Of a DNA stretch of 32,380 nt, positions 8,098 to 17,090 are shown piece after piece. How positions within the stretch are numbered: the first letter of the stretch is position 1; every line of letters begins with the position of its first letter. The translations under genes were made by a program, and so were the position numbers. The notes under the pieces are model-generated. The model saw only the letters and a program-made list of their open reading frames with translations, was not told the origin of the DNA and ran no database searches. This DNA is from Phascolarctobacterium sp. (lineage in GTDB: Bacteria > Bacillota > Negativicutes > Acidaminococcales > Acidaminococcaceae), in the NCBI GenBank assembly GCA_022718015.1, contig JAIHZV010000001.1, forward strand, positions 1 to 32,380. The letters are read 5' to 3'.

Positions 8098-9876
8098 ATG
8101 CCGCAACGCTTAAAGTTTTTCCTGCACAACAGAAAACAAATCTGGCAGTCCCGACGCTCTCTGCGCAGCCGCTTCGTCTACTATCTGGCCTCGTTGTTTT
8201 TGGTCGGCGTCACCTCGCTGCTGCTCCTGCTCAACGCTATTGGCGTTCTGCAGCCGCTTAATTATGACCTGGAGCGCTTTATGAACTACGAGCTAGACGC
8301 TCATACTAACGACATCAAGCGTCAGCTGGACAGCCTCGCAGCGCACAACACGGACCTGTCGCAGCAGCTGGCAAATGAAATTGAGCAGACGATGTACATG
8401 TTCGGCCTAGGCACGGACTTCGCCAAGCTCAACGATAATCCACAGGTGCTCTCGGCCATCCAGGAGCGCAGCTACAATGTGCTCACCTCCAAAATGCAAC
8501 AATCGCCCTGCAGCGGTGTGCTTTACCTCGTTGATGCCAGCATCAACACCAAGATGCCAACCAAAACCTATAACGGCATGTTTTTGAAATACACCAACAT
8601 TCATTCCGAAAACACACTGTTCAACGAAATCTGTATGTTCCGCGGCAGCTCTGAGCTGGCGCGTCAGAAAAACATCAGCCTCTACAGCACCTGGCAGCTG
8701 GAGCTGGACACCAACGCCTTCCCGCAGACCACTCAGCTGCTGCAGGGAGAGCCTGATTCGCCCGACTTTTTGCTCACCGACGTTGCCCGTCTGCGTGAAA
8801 GCTGGGAGCGCTCACGCCTTTTCGTTATGCCGATTATCAGCAGCAGCGGCAAAGCCATCGGCCTGTGCGGCTTTGAAATCAGCAGCGTTTATTTCCAGCA
8901 GCGCACCCGCAACGCCGATTATAAGGGCTATCCGCTTATCACTGCTATTCTCGACAAAAAAAATGACACACAATATTCCGGACAGCTCTCCAGCTCGGCC
9001 TGGCAGAGCGATGCCCTGCTGAATTTCAGCAAGGACAAGGACTATGTTTATTTTACCTCTGGCAGCAATAGCTTCATAGGCAAGATGCAATCACTCGACA
9101 TCGGCGGCACGGAGCACCAGATTGCCGTCCTGCTGCCGCGTGAAAGCTATGACGCACTGCTGGCGCAGGCACGCTGGCGCTTAGCACTGCTGCTGAGCTT
9201 CCTGCTCGTGCTCTCTATCGGTTCCTGCTACTTCCTCAGCAAAAAATATGTGGAGCCGATTATCAGCGACCTGCAGCAGCTGCAAAGCAATCCTGATGCC
9301 ACGCCCCAGTCAAATCTGCTGGAGATAAACCAATTTTTCGACTTCCTGCAAAGCAAATCGCAGCAGCAGGAGGAAAAGCTGCGCCAGCTCAGCAAGGAGC
9401 GCAACGCCGTCCAACAGCAATACGGACTGGCAGCCACACGCCTTAAGGATGCGCAAAGCAGACAGCAGGCGATTGCCGAGCAGTACAAGGCGCTCGAGGA
9501 GCAGCTGCATACCCTCAAGAGCGAAATGGAGCAGGCACGCCAGCAGATGGCGCAGGCGCTTCAGGAAAAGGAGCAGGCGCAGCAGCAGTTCAACTTCGCC
9601 CAGACCGCGCTCGACAAGGTGGTAGCGAAGAAGCTGCAAATCATCGACCACGACAGCTACAAAATGTTTATCGACAGCCTCTCTACGCTCACCACGAAGG
9701 AAAAAGAAATTTTCGACCTGTATACGCAGGGACTGTCTACCAAGGATATCATCGCCCAGCAGCAAATCAGCGAAAACACGCTGAAATACCATAACAAAAA
9801 TATCTACAGCAAGCTTGGCGTAAAATCACGCAAGGAGCTACTTCAGTATATTGAGCTGATGCGCAACACAAGATAA
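8098..9876 (+). CDS. Membrane-spanning one-component regulator: TM, ~310-aa extracytoplasmic domain, TM, coiled coil, LuxR HTH
   Basis: Two hydrophobic segments (FVYYLASLFLVGVTSLLLLL; LALLLSFLLVLSIGSCYFL), a Q/E/K-rich helical stretch and the C-terminal LTTKEKEIFDLYTQGLSTKDI...ISENTLKYHNKNIYSKLGVKSR. No kinase or receiver domain is visible. Confidence 0.88.
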   Translation: MPQRLKFFLHNRKQIWQSRRSLRSRFVYYLASLFLVGVTSLLLLLNAIGVLQPLNYDLERFMNYELDAHTNDIKRQLDSLAAHNTDLSQQLANEIEQTMYMFGLGTDFAKLNDNPQVLSAIQERSYNVLTSKMQQSPCSGVLYLVDASINTKMPTKTYNGMFLKYTNIHSENTLFNEICMFRGSSELARQKNISLYSTWQLELDTNAFPQTTQLLQGEPDSPDFLLTDVARLRESWERSRLFVMPIISSSGKAIGLCGFEISSVYFQQRTRNADYKGYPLITAILDKKNDTQYSGQLSSSAWQSDALLNFSKDKDYVYFTSGSNSFIGKMQSLDIGGTEHQIAVLLPRESYDALLAQARWRLALLLSFLLVLSIGSCYFLSKKYVEPIISDLQQLQSNPDATPQSNLLEINQFFDFLQSKSQQQEEKLRQLSKERNAVQQQYGLAATRLKDAQSRQQAIAEQYKALEEQLHTLKSEMEQARQQMAQALQEKEQAQQQFNFAQTALDKVVAKKLQIIDHDSYKMFIDSLSTLTTKEKEIFDLYTQGLSTKDIIAQQQISENTLKYHNKNIYSKLGVKSRKELLQYIELMRNTR

Positions 9877-9883
9877 AACAATA

Positions 9884-9919
9884 AGGGACTGACGCCCACG
9901 CGCCAGTCCCTCTTTCTTT
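9884..9919. terminator. Terminator between the convergent LuxR and 5'-nucleotidase genes
   Basis: AGGGACTG (9884-9891) pairs with CAGTCCCT (9904-9911) and is followed by CTTTCTTT. Confidence 0.7.
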
Positions 9920-9923
9920 GCCC

Positions 9924-11540
9924 TTATTTAATTGTAATTCTGCCATCGCCATAGGCGTTTGCATATTTATCGCTGATTTTCGCATTGAGATGGTTCTGGA
10001 TATATTCCATAATCGCGTCTGCATCAGAAATCTTCGCATCCTGCAGCAGCTTCGCGCCCTTGAACATCGTCATGCCATCACCGGCAGACTTCAGGATATA
10101 GCCGTTGCCGCCCACGCTATAGATTTTATTAACATCAAGCGGCTTGCCATCTACCATAACATCCACAACGCGTCTTGCACCGGCAACCTTAACGAAATTG
10201 CCCTTCTCGTCCAGCATAACGCTTGACGGTACAGAGCTGTCAATAGTATAGCTCAGGCCTGCCACCTGCATAAAGCCGCCGCTTTCCTCAGGATAGCTCA
10301 TCGCGCCCATCTCCAGTGCATCCAGCACCTGCTGACCGCTGGCCTCCAAAACCGTGCACATATTGCCAAACGGGAAGGCCTCGAGAATATCGTTGTAGGT
10401 CAGCACGCCGGCCTGCAGCTCGTTGCGGATGCTGCCGCCGTTCACCAGGACGATATCGCAATCCAGCACAGCCTTATACGCATCGGCTACGAAATCACCC
10501 AAAGCACAGCCATGGTTGCGCACAATGCGTTCGCCGGTCTTAGGATCGTTGCTGTGCACCTGCACCAGCGCTTCACCTACCGGCTGCGCCAGCAGCGGTG
10601 CATAAATGTCCATTTCCCGGGCAATAACCTTCTGCACCTCGGCATCCTTGCCGTTCGCAGCCGTAATCAGCTTCGTCTCCAGCTTGCCTGCCGGTGTAAT
10701 CACCAGCTGTCCGACAGTCTTCAGCTTAGTGCCTGTCTGCGCCAGCAAAACGTCCTTGCCCTTTTTGTTCTGCACCACACGTTCATATCTTTCATGCGAA
10801 TGACCGTCAATGATGCCGTCTACGCCGGTCGTGTGCTTGGCGATATTTTCACTGCTCCACTGCGGCGTCGTGCCGTCCATGCCCAGATGCCCAACTATGA
10901 AGACATAATCTGCGCCCTGCTTGCGGGCAGCGTTGATATTTTTCTGCAGCTGCTTATAAAGCTTCTTGCCGCTCGTATCCTCGCAGAAGCTGTAAATATA
11001 TTTTCCCTGAGCATCTTGGAAAAAAGTCGGCGTCGAAGTCGTCAAGGCCTCAGGCGTCGTTGCACCGACGAAGGCCACCTTCTTATCCTCAAACTCCATC
11101 AGCTTATAGCCGGGCAGCACCTGCTTTTTCGTGCGCAAATCCATAAAGTTCGCGCTATAATAGCCTGCCTGCTGCTGCGGCACCAGCTCCAGAAAGCGTG
11201 CCATGCCATAATCAAATTCATGGTTGCCGGGAATGCAGAAGTCATAGCCTACTGCGTTCATAATGTTCACTACGGCCTCGCCTGTCGACAGCTTGCCCAG
11301 CGGAGCGCCCTGAATCGCATCGCCTGCATCCACCAGCGCCACGTTCGGCGTCTGTGCCAGCGCATCCTTTTTCAGCTGCGCCAGACCGGCAAAGCCAATG
11401 TTATCATTCACGCCGCAGTGAATGTCATTCGTATGCAAAATCACAATATCATGCTCCAGCGCCCAAGCCAGCAGCGGAGCGGAAAGCGTCATCGCTGTCG
11501 TAACTAAGAGCAGCGAGGTTTTCTTCCAGAAATTTTTCAT
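9924..11540 (-). CDS. Exported bifunctional metallophosphatase/5'-nucleotidase (UshA-like)
   Basis: HTNDIH, DAGD, GNHEFD, GHLG and DGHSH metal motifs, with a C-terminal 5'-nucleotidase domain (NGGSIR, FPFGN). The likely start is ATG 11540 (MKNFWKK signal peptide, AAAGGA RBS). Confidence 0.93.
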   Translation of the reverse strand: MKNFWKKTSLLLVTTAMTLSAPLLAWALEHDIVILHTNDIHCGVNDNIGFAGLAQLKKDALAQTPNVALVDAGDAIQGAPLGKLSTGEAVVNIMNAVGYDFCIPGNHEFDYGMARFLELVPQQQAGYYSANFMDLRTKKQVLPGYKLMEFEDKKVAFVGATTPEALTTSTPTFFQDAQGKYIYSFCEDTSGKKLYKQLQKNINAARKQGADYVFIVGHLGMDGTTPQWSSENIAKHTTGVDGIIDGHSHERYERVVQNKKGKDVLLAQTGTKLKTVGQLVITPAGKLETKLITAANGKDAEVQKVIAREMDIYAPLLAQPVGEALVQVHSNDPKTGERIVRNHGCALGDFVADAYKAVLDCDIVLVNGGSIRNELQAGVLTYNDILEAFPFGNMCTVLEASGQQVLDALEMGAMSYPEESGGFMQVAGLSYTIDSSVPSSVMLDEKGNFVKVAGARRVVDVMVDGKPLDVNKIYSVGGNGYILKSAGDGMTMFKGAKLLQDAKISDADAIMEYIQNHLNAKISDKYANAYGDGRITIK

Positions 11541-11544
11541 AGTT

Positions 11545-12054
11545 TCACATCCTTTCATCTATGCCATCAGCCTGCAGCTTTTTACACAATGATTGCAGCG
11601 CTGCGCGCAGCTCCTTTTCCTGCTCCGCGGTCAGCTCCGCCGTAAACACTGCCTGACTGTCCATTTCCAGCTCCAGACTGAGCTCATCAGCATCAAGCGC
11701 CACGCAGCCGTCGTCAGGCTGCTTCGGCTCCACGATATCCCAAGCAAGCAGGTTCACTACCTTCTCCAGCTGGTCAATCTCGGCACTCTCTTTGCGCGTC
11801 ACCAGAGCACCCTCCAGCTCACAGCGCTCGCCCTGCCCGCTGTCCAGGAAATTACAGCACACCCTTCTGTCGCCCTTGCTATCACGATAAACGTAGAAGC
11901 TGAAGCTGTAATCATAGCACATAGCGCTTTTACTATAGTTCAGGCTCCTCCAGTCCATAGGTACGCTGCCGCCTGCCTCCGCCTGCGCTGCAGGAACAGC
12001 AAGCAGCAGTAAGGCAGCCGCTAAACTCAAAAGCATAGTTTTCATCATCTGCAC
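11545..12054 (-). CDS. Exported hypothetical protein
   Basis: Signal peptide ending AQA. Co-oriented and tightly packed in the operon. No family recognised. Confidence 0.7.
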   Translation of the reverse strand: MQMMKTMLLSLAAALLLLAVPAAQAEAGGSVPMDWRSLNYSKSAMCYDYSFSFYVYRDSKGDRRVCCNFLDSGQGERCELEGALVTRKESAEIDQLEKVVNLLAWDIVEPKQPDDGCVALDADELSLELEMDSQAVFTAELTAEQEKELRAALQSLCKKLQADGIDERM

Positions 12055-12070
12055 CGCCTTTGCTCTTTTC

Positions 12071-12805
12071 TCAGCCTACCGCATCATTGCTCGTCAGCAG
12101 TCTTACCTCGCCATCAGGCGCAAGGCTGTATACATCCCACAAGCCTCTGTCTACGAGATAGGTCATCAATAATTCGCCGCCACGATACACCTCCACGCTG
12201 GTATAACCAGCACCGCTAGGCATATAGTCCTTCAGAATCCGGCTATGCTTGTCAGCATCATGGCCATACTTAAAGGTTAAATCAGCAGCACGTAAATCAA
12301 GGCCAACCATTTCCACGTTCAAATGCTGCAGATAAACTAAAGTCATGCGCTCGCTGGCACCGATATAGCTCTGCACTGCGGTGTACTTGCCGCCGATATC
12401 AGGATTGCTCACCTTCGTATCGCCAAGCTCCCGTGCATCAATCGTCGGCAGCAGCTCCACATTATTGTCGTCCAGACGCACCTCAGCTAAAAGCGTGCCA
12501 TGGGGAAAGAGAAACTCCTGCACCTTGCCGTCACGATGAAGCTCGTAATTTTCCAGCGTCAGAGTGCTATGCTCATATTTTCCTGCACCAGCCAGACGCA
12601 GGTCATTGTCACTGCTGCTCTCATACACGGTTACATCAATAAAATTACCATTCTGCGTCCTAAACAGCGTCAGCATGCCGTTGTCCCTGCCCTGCGCATC
12701 TGTACGCATATAGCAGCAGGAGCCATACTCCTGCTCAAAGGCCAAGCAGCTCGCACTAAAAGCAAGCAGCACACAGGCCAGAAGTAATCTAAAGATTTTT
12801 TTCAT
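12071..12805 (-). CDS. Exported hypothetical protein
   Basis: MKKIFRLLLACVLLAFSASCLA signal peptide and GGAAGGA RBS. No family recognised. Confidence 0.75.
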   Translation of the reverse strand: MKKIFRLLLACVLLAFSASCLAFEQEYGSCCYMRTDAQGRDNGMLTLFRTQNGNFIDVTVYESSSDNDLRLAGAGKYEHSTLTLENYELHRDGKVQEFLFPHGTLLAEVRLDDNNVELLPTIDARELGDTKVSNPDIGGKYTAVQSYIGASERMTLVYLQHLNVEMVGLDLRAADLTFKYGHDADKHSRILKDYMPSGAGYTSVEVYRGGELLMTYLVDRGLWDVYSLAPDGEVRLLTSNDAVG

Positions 12806-12820
12806 GTCCTTCCACCTCTT

Positions 12821-14287
12821 TTACGCTTCTATCACTAGCCTGCCTTCGACCTCTCTATGCATATGCTGATGTGTTGTAAAATATTCCTCAATCACTTCGC
12901 GATAAGATGTCGCTACAATCCTGAAGCCGCCGTTGTCCATAACCTCATCCAGCGTAACATCCAGGAATTCTGCAAGATTGCTGAAATGGTATTTCGAAAG
13001 CGCCAGCTTATAGATTTTCTCCGGCTCCAGCGGCCTGCCGTTAAAAAGCAGCTTCTTAAACTGCTGCAGGCTGCGGCTCCACACCACCTCAAAGCCAGAG
13101 GATAATTGATAAAACTCCGTATGGGCGCCGCTAAAAGCCTCCTCGCGTAAAAAGCGCCGCAGCATCCGCTCCACCTGCGCTCCCGTCACCTTTATCATAT
13201 AGGTGGCTTCGTCGAAGGGGAAGCACTCGCTGAAATCAGCATAATGCACCACCGGTCCCAACGCCTTGCTGCGGATAGCCCCGGAGCCCATGAACGCCAT
13301 ATCCACGCCCAAGCTTTCGCATAATGCATCGGCAGAAAGATTGCCTAACGGTGTTTCCTGCGTCCGCAGCGGATGCTCCAATCGCTGCGTAAAGCGCGTC
13401 ACGATGCGGTTATACTTTTTATCGGTAACCTCTTTATACTGCAAAATAAAGTTATAAATCTCTTCATCCAACGGACAGGTTTCGTCATTGATGGGGATAG
13501 TACGCCAGGTGTAGCTGTCCACAGCGTTTCTGTCTGTATCCACCATAATGTCGAAGCGGCCGATCTGGTCTGTACCCGTACCAGCCTGCACAATCAGAAT
13601 ATCGTTAACCTCCGCAGGCTCCGTCGGCAGCGTGTGCGAATGACCGCCGATGATAACGTCCACACCCCACGCAGGATCCAGAATCGCTGCCAGCTCCTTG
13701 TCCTCCTCAAAGCCGATATGCGTCAGCAGAATCGTGAAATCTATATCAATCGCATTATAAGCATTGCAGATGCGGCCAACCTCCTCTGCCGCCTCGCCGA
13801 TATCAATGAAGGAACCGATATATTCCTCCATCCGCGTATGTGCAAGCACCTCCTGCGTAATGACGCCGATAAAAAGAATCTTCATCCCGTCAAGCTCGGC
13901 AATATAATGTGATTCAAACATTCTTCTATGGTTCGTGCGGATATAAAAGTTGGCGTTGATAATTGGGAAGTTTGCGCATTTCTCCAAAAAAAGCAGGTGC
14001 GCAATGCCATAATCAACCTCATGATTGCCAATAGTCGCTACATCAGGGCCGAGCAGATTCATAATCTCGATAGTAGAAACGCCTCTGAACTCCGAATCAA
14101 TGACCGAACCACGAAACATATCCCCGGCAATCGCATAGAGCATATTTTTTTCTTCTGCTCTCACCTTATTGACATAGCCGCTCAGTCTAGCCACACCGCC
14201 AACGAGCTTGCTGTCAATTTTTTCCGCGAAAAAATCTCCATGCATATCATTAGAGTGCAGCAGTGTCAGCTTCTTTAAATTTTTCAT
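12821..14287 (-). CDS. Cytoplasmic bifunctional metallophosphatase/5'-nucleotidase
   Basis: HSNDMHG, AGD, GNHEVD, THIG and GGHSH motifs plus a C-terminal domain (GSGAIR, FPF). There is no signal peptide: the first motif starts at about residue 10. Confidence 0.92.
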   Translation of the reverse strand: MKNLKKLTLLHSNDMHGDFFAEKIDSKLVGGVARLSGYVNKVRAEEKNMLYAIAGDMFRGSVIDSEFRGVSTIEIMNLLGPDVATIGNHEVDYGIAHLLFLEKCANFPIINANFYIRTNHRRMFESHYIAELDGMKILFIGVITQEVLAHTRMEEYIGSFIDIGEAAEEVGRICNAYNAIDIDFTILLTHIGFEEDKELAAILDPAWGVDVIIGGHSHTLPTEPAEVNDILIVQAGTGTDQIGRFDIMVDTDRNAVDSYTWRTIPINDETCPLDEEIYNFILQYKEVTDKKYNRIVTRFTQRLEHPLRTQETPLGNLSADALCESLGVDMAFMGSGAIRSKALGPVVHYADFSECFPFDEATYMIKVTGAQVERMLRRFLREEAFSGAHTEFYQLSSGFEVVWSRSLQQFKKLLFNGRPLEPEKIYKLALSKYHFSNLAEFLDVTLDEVMDNGGFRIVATSYREVIEEYFTTHQHMHREVEGRLVIEA

Positions 14288-14347
14288 GCTGCCACCCCTC
14301 TCTAGCTGCTGCCGCTTTACTTATACGCCAAGCGGCTATTATTCATC

Positions 14348-14986
14348 TCAAGCCCACGGGTCCTCAGCCGCCGGAGTGCGGATACCGCTCAAAAGTCCCT
14401 TATGATCCCACAGGAACCATTCGCCGGTCGAAGCCTTCTGGCGCAGAGTCATCGGTCTGGGGCTGTCTGCTCCGCCGCAGGCGATCAGGAAGCGTGCATA
14501 GCCCTGCTCCTGATAGGTGTAAGCATTCGTCTGTACATTCACGGTATAGGGCTGCGCAGGCGTGTAGTTGTTTTCCGGTGTTGCGCCCTTGAAATAAGAA
14601 CGCATAAGGTAGGTCTTGCCGCGGAAGCGGTCCTGCAGGAACTGCTTGTCCATGCCGTTGAGCGGACGCGGTCCGCGCAGAGCGTCAAGCATCGCTATAG
14701 CCTCTGCCGGATCAGTTTCGTAACGCGCCAGCGCTGCTACGGTATAAGCAGCAACCATCTGTGCATCCTGACCTGGCGCAACCTCTGCAGCCGTCATCGG
14801 TAATTTAGTGAAGGTAATGTTTCTGCTATCCATCTTCTGCACCGCCTTTTCTACGCTCTTGTTGATAGTTGTATTGATGCTGGTATTGTTGCTCTTAAAA
14901 ATTCTGCTTAAATCCATAGCGTCTGCCGTTGCCAGCTGCGCCACGCATAATGCACCACATAATAATAAACATAACTTAGCTTTCAT
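14348..14986 (-). CDS. Exported conserved protein, DUF6935-like
   Basis: Signal peptide. The RSYFKGATPENNYTP, GGADSPRP and IRTP...DPWA motifs resemble DUF6935 as I recall it; not verified by search. Confidence 0.65.
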   Translation of the reverse strand: MKAKLCLLLCGALCVAQLATADAMDLSRIFKSNNTSINTTINKSVEKAVQKMDSRNITFTKLPMTAAEVAPGQDAQMVAAYTVAALARYETDPAEAIAMLDALRGPRPLNGMDKQFLQDRFRGKTYLMRSYFKGATPENNYTPAQPYTVNVQTNAYTYQEQGYARFLIACGGADSPRPMTLRQKASTGEWFLWDHKGLLSGIRTPAAEDPWA

Positions 14987-15001
14987 GGCTGCCTCCTATC
15001 A

Positions 15002-15050
15002 ACCCCTCCGTCATCGCTTCGCGATGCCACCTCCCCTTGCAGGGGAGACT
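15002..15050. repeat. REP-like double-hairpin intergenic element
   Basis: CATCGC-TTC-GCGATG (15012-15026) followed by CTCCCCT-TGC-AGGGGAG (15031-15047). Confidence 0.6.
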
Positions 15051-15079
15051 ATCAGGGGAAAATTTTTCGCCGTACTTCC

Positions 15080-15868
15080 TTAAAATGGGTGTTCCTCATC
15101 GTACCAAGCCGTTGCCTGATTGCCCTGCAGCGAGTAAACATAACGCCCATGCTTCTCTACAAGATACGTACCAAGCAGATCGTAGGTCTTCTTATCGCGC
15201 ACCACAATCTTGTCATAAGCATAATCGCCGCCCTGCGCCACGCCTGCATAAGCACTTGCATCATCTACATAAGACATCTCGAAGTGTTTATTCGAGCGCT
15301 GCGACATATCCTCATCATAGAAGACCACGCCGCGCAAAAATGCCAGCGACATCAGCTCATTAAAGGCATCGCCGGTATCCTTATATGCCAGATTATATCT
15401 GCCCTCCGGCGGCGGCAGCAAATCCTCCGCGCTGACAGCCGGGCCCATGAGCCACTGCGCACCAATGCCGTTGCCCAGCTCAGTCTCATACGTCAAGCCA
15501 GCTAAATCGGCCTGCTGACCATTTTTATCATAAAGCGGATATACGGCGCCATGCATATAATCGTCCACGCGATAGCCGTTCATAACCTGCGCCGGCCCTA
15601 CGTAATACTTGCTCACAAGCTTACCGTCAATCTCCTGGCTCTCGATTATGCCTGCTGCCATCAGCTGTGAAGGAAGGTCGCCCTCCACACGCCGCTCCAC
15701 ATACATATAGGTGCCGCGAAACGTGTTGTACATTAGCGCATAGCCGCTCACGCCTGCTTCGGCATCAATCAGGTTATATCTGTCCACGCTCATAGCATCT
15801 GCCTGCTGGCCTAAGCCTAAGGTCAACACCGCACCTAAGCACGCTCCGGCAATAAATTTCTTCAACAT
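15080..15868 (-). CDS. Exported hypothetical protein
   Basis: Signal peptide ending ADA and GGAGGG RBS. Tyr/Gly/Asp-rich. No family recognised. Confidence 0.75.
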   Translation of the reverse strand: MLKKFIAGACLGAVLTLGLGQQADAMSVDRYNLIDAEAGVSGYALMYNTFRGTYMYVERRVEGDLPSQLMAAGIIESQEIDGKLVSKYYVGPAQVMNGYRVDDYMHGAVYPLYDKNGQQADLAGLTYETELGNGIGAQWLMGPAVSAEDLLPPPEGRYNLAYKDTGDAFNELMSLAFLRGVVFYDEDMSQRSNKHFEMSYVDDASAYAGVAQGGDYAYDKIVVRDKKTYDLLGTYLVEKHGRYVYSLQGNQATAWYDEEHPF

Positions 15869-15892
15869 AACAATCCCTCCAAACTTAAATTA

Positions 15893-17017
15893 TCAAATCT
15901 CCGACAGCTGCAGGCTGCCGTCCATGCCGCTGATGCTTACGGCAAAGCGGCGCTCACGCCCCAGCTCATCATCAAAGGCAATTGCGTTAGCAGGTACAGC
16001 CTCGGTGTCCGCCAGCTGCATAACCAGCGGCGTGTCCGCCATCAGCAGCTCCTGTCTGTAAACAGGCTTCGCATCAAAATGCGCGTTGCCCTGCTCATCA
16101 ACGCTCAGCAGCGTCAGGCTCAGCACCTTAAAATTACTCAAGGACTTGTCGCTGCGCAGAACAACCTTAACAAACTCAGACGCATTCGGCACCTTCACCA
16201 TGCCGTACTGCTGCACATCAGCCTGCGCATCCTGAAGCCAGTCCAGCTTGAGATGCTGATAAGCAAGACCTTTAGCGCCCTGCTTATGATAATTCTCCAC
16301 AGGAATCAGCTCCAGCATAGTCACATCATTCATATATTCATTGCGCAGCTCCTCAAAAGCGTCCTCAGTCATATTCAGCCTCTTAGAAGCGTTCCTGTCA
16401 TTGCTGCCGCTCGTATTATGGTAATAGGCAAGGCTGCCGTTTTGCGGTGCCGTAAAATAATAATCAAGGCATTCAGGCTCACCGGTCGGCGCAATCTTAT
16501 AGGCCGCCAGCACGCTGTACGCATCTCCGTCAGTCGCCTGCAGGAACAGCCTGCTGCCGCTCAGTACCTGCAAACGGTTACTCTGCCAGCCCTCGAAGGA
16601 GCGCAGCGGTCTGCCATCCACCAGCGTATAGACGGAATAAATATCGCTGCCGTAATAGCCTGCACCCTTGTGCTGCTCCGCACGCCCCAAAACCAGCTCC
16701 GGCACACCGTCGCCGTTGAAATCCTTCAGCGTATAGCCAATCATGCTCGCGGAATCACGCTGATAAATTTCGACCATTTCACGGATAACGTTCATTCCCT
16801 CATTGACAAGCTTGTCATCCTGTCCCTTCACTGCGTAATCATAGAGTCCGTCCATAACGAGAGCGTAGCTCTGGAGATAGTCGGCTGCTGCCGGCTGCGC
16901 CGCCTCCGCCTTCGTTACCCTCGGCAGCTCGGCCTGCTTCTTTTCACCAGTGCCGCAGCCTAAAAGGCTCATGCCCAAGGTCAGTGCCAAAGCACCTGTC
17001 ATAATTTTTTCCAACAT
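15893..17017 (-). CDS. Hypothetical lipoprotein with a DxNGDGxxE (Ca-binding/FG-GAP-like) loop
   Basis: Lipobox LLGC, DFNGDGVPELVLG motif and AGGAGG RBS. First gene of the seven-gene run. Confidence 0.8.
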   Translation of the reverse strand: MLEKIMTGALALTLGMSLLGCGTGEKKQAELPRVTKAEAAQPAAADYLQSYALVMDGLYDYAVKGQDDKLVNEGMNVIREMVEIYQRDSASMIGYTLKDFNGDGVPELVLGRAEQHKGAGYYGSDIYSVYTLVDGRPLRSFEGWQSNRLQVLSGSRLFLQATDGDAYSVLAAYKIAPTGEPECLDYYFTAPQNGSLAYYHNTSGSNDRNASKRLNMTEDAFEELRNEYMNDVTMLELIPVENYHKQGAKGLAYQHLKLDWLQDAQADVQQYGMVKVPNASEFVKVVLRSDKSLSNFKVLSLTLLSVDEQGNAHFDAKPVYRQELLMADTPLVMQLADTEAVPANAIAFDDELGRERRFAVSISGMDGSLQLSEI

Positions 17018-17090
17018 CTTTCTCGCCCTCCTTTTGGTTATTCCACTTCATTTTATGCCTTTATTTTACACGAAAAAAGCCAAAAGCGCC

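Noticed and set aside
10512..16963. + strand ORFs such as 10512-11507 and 16079-16963
   Set aside because: They are antisense to well-formed minus-strand genes that have RBSs and signal peptides.
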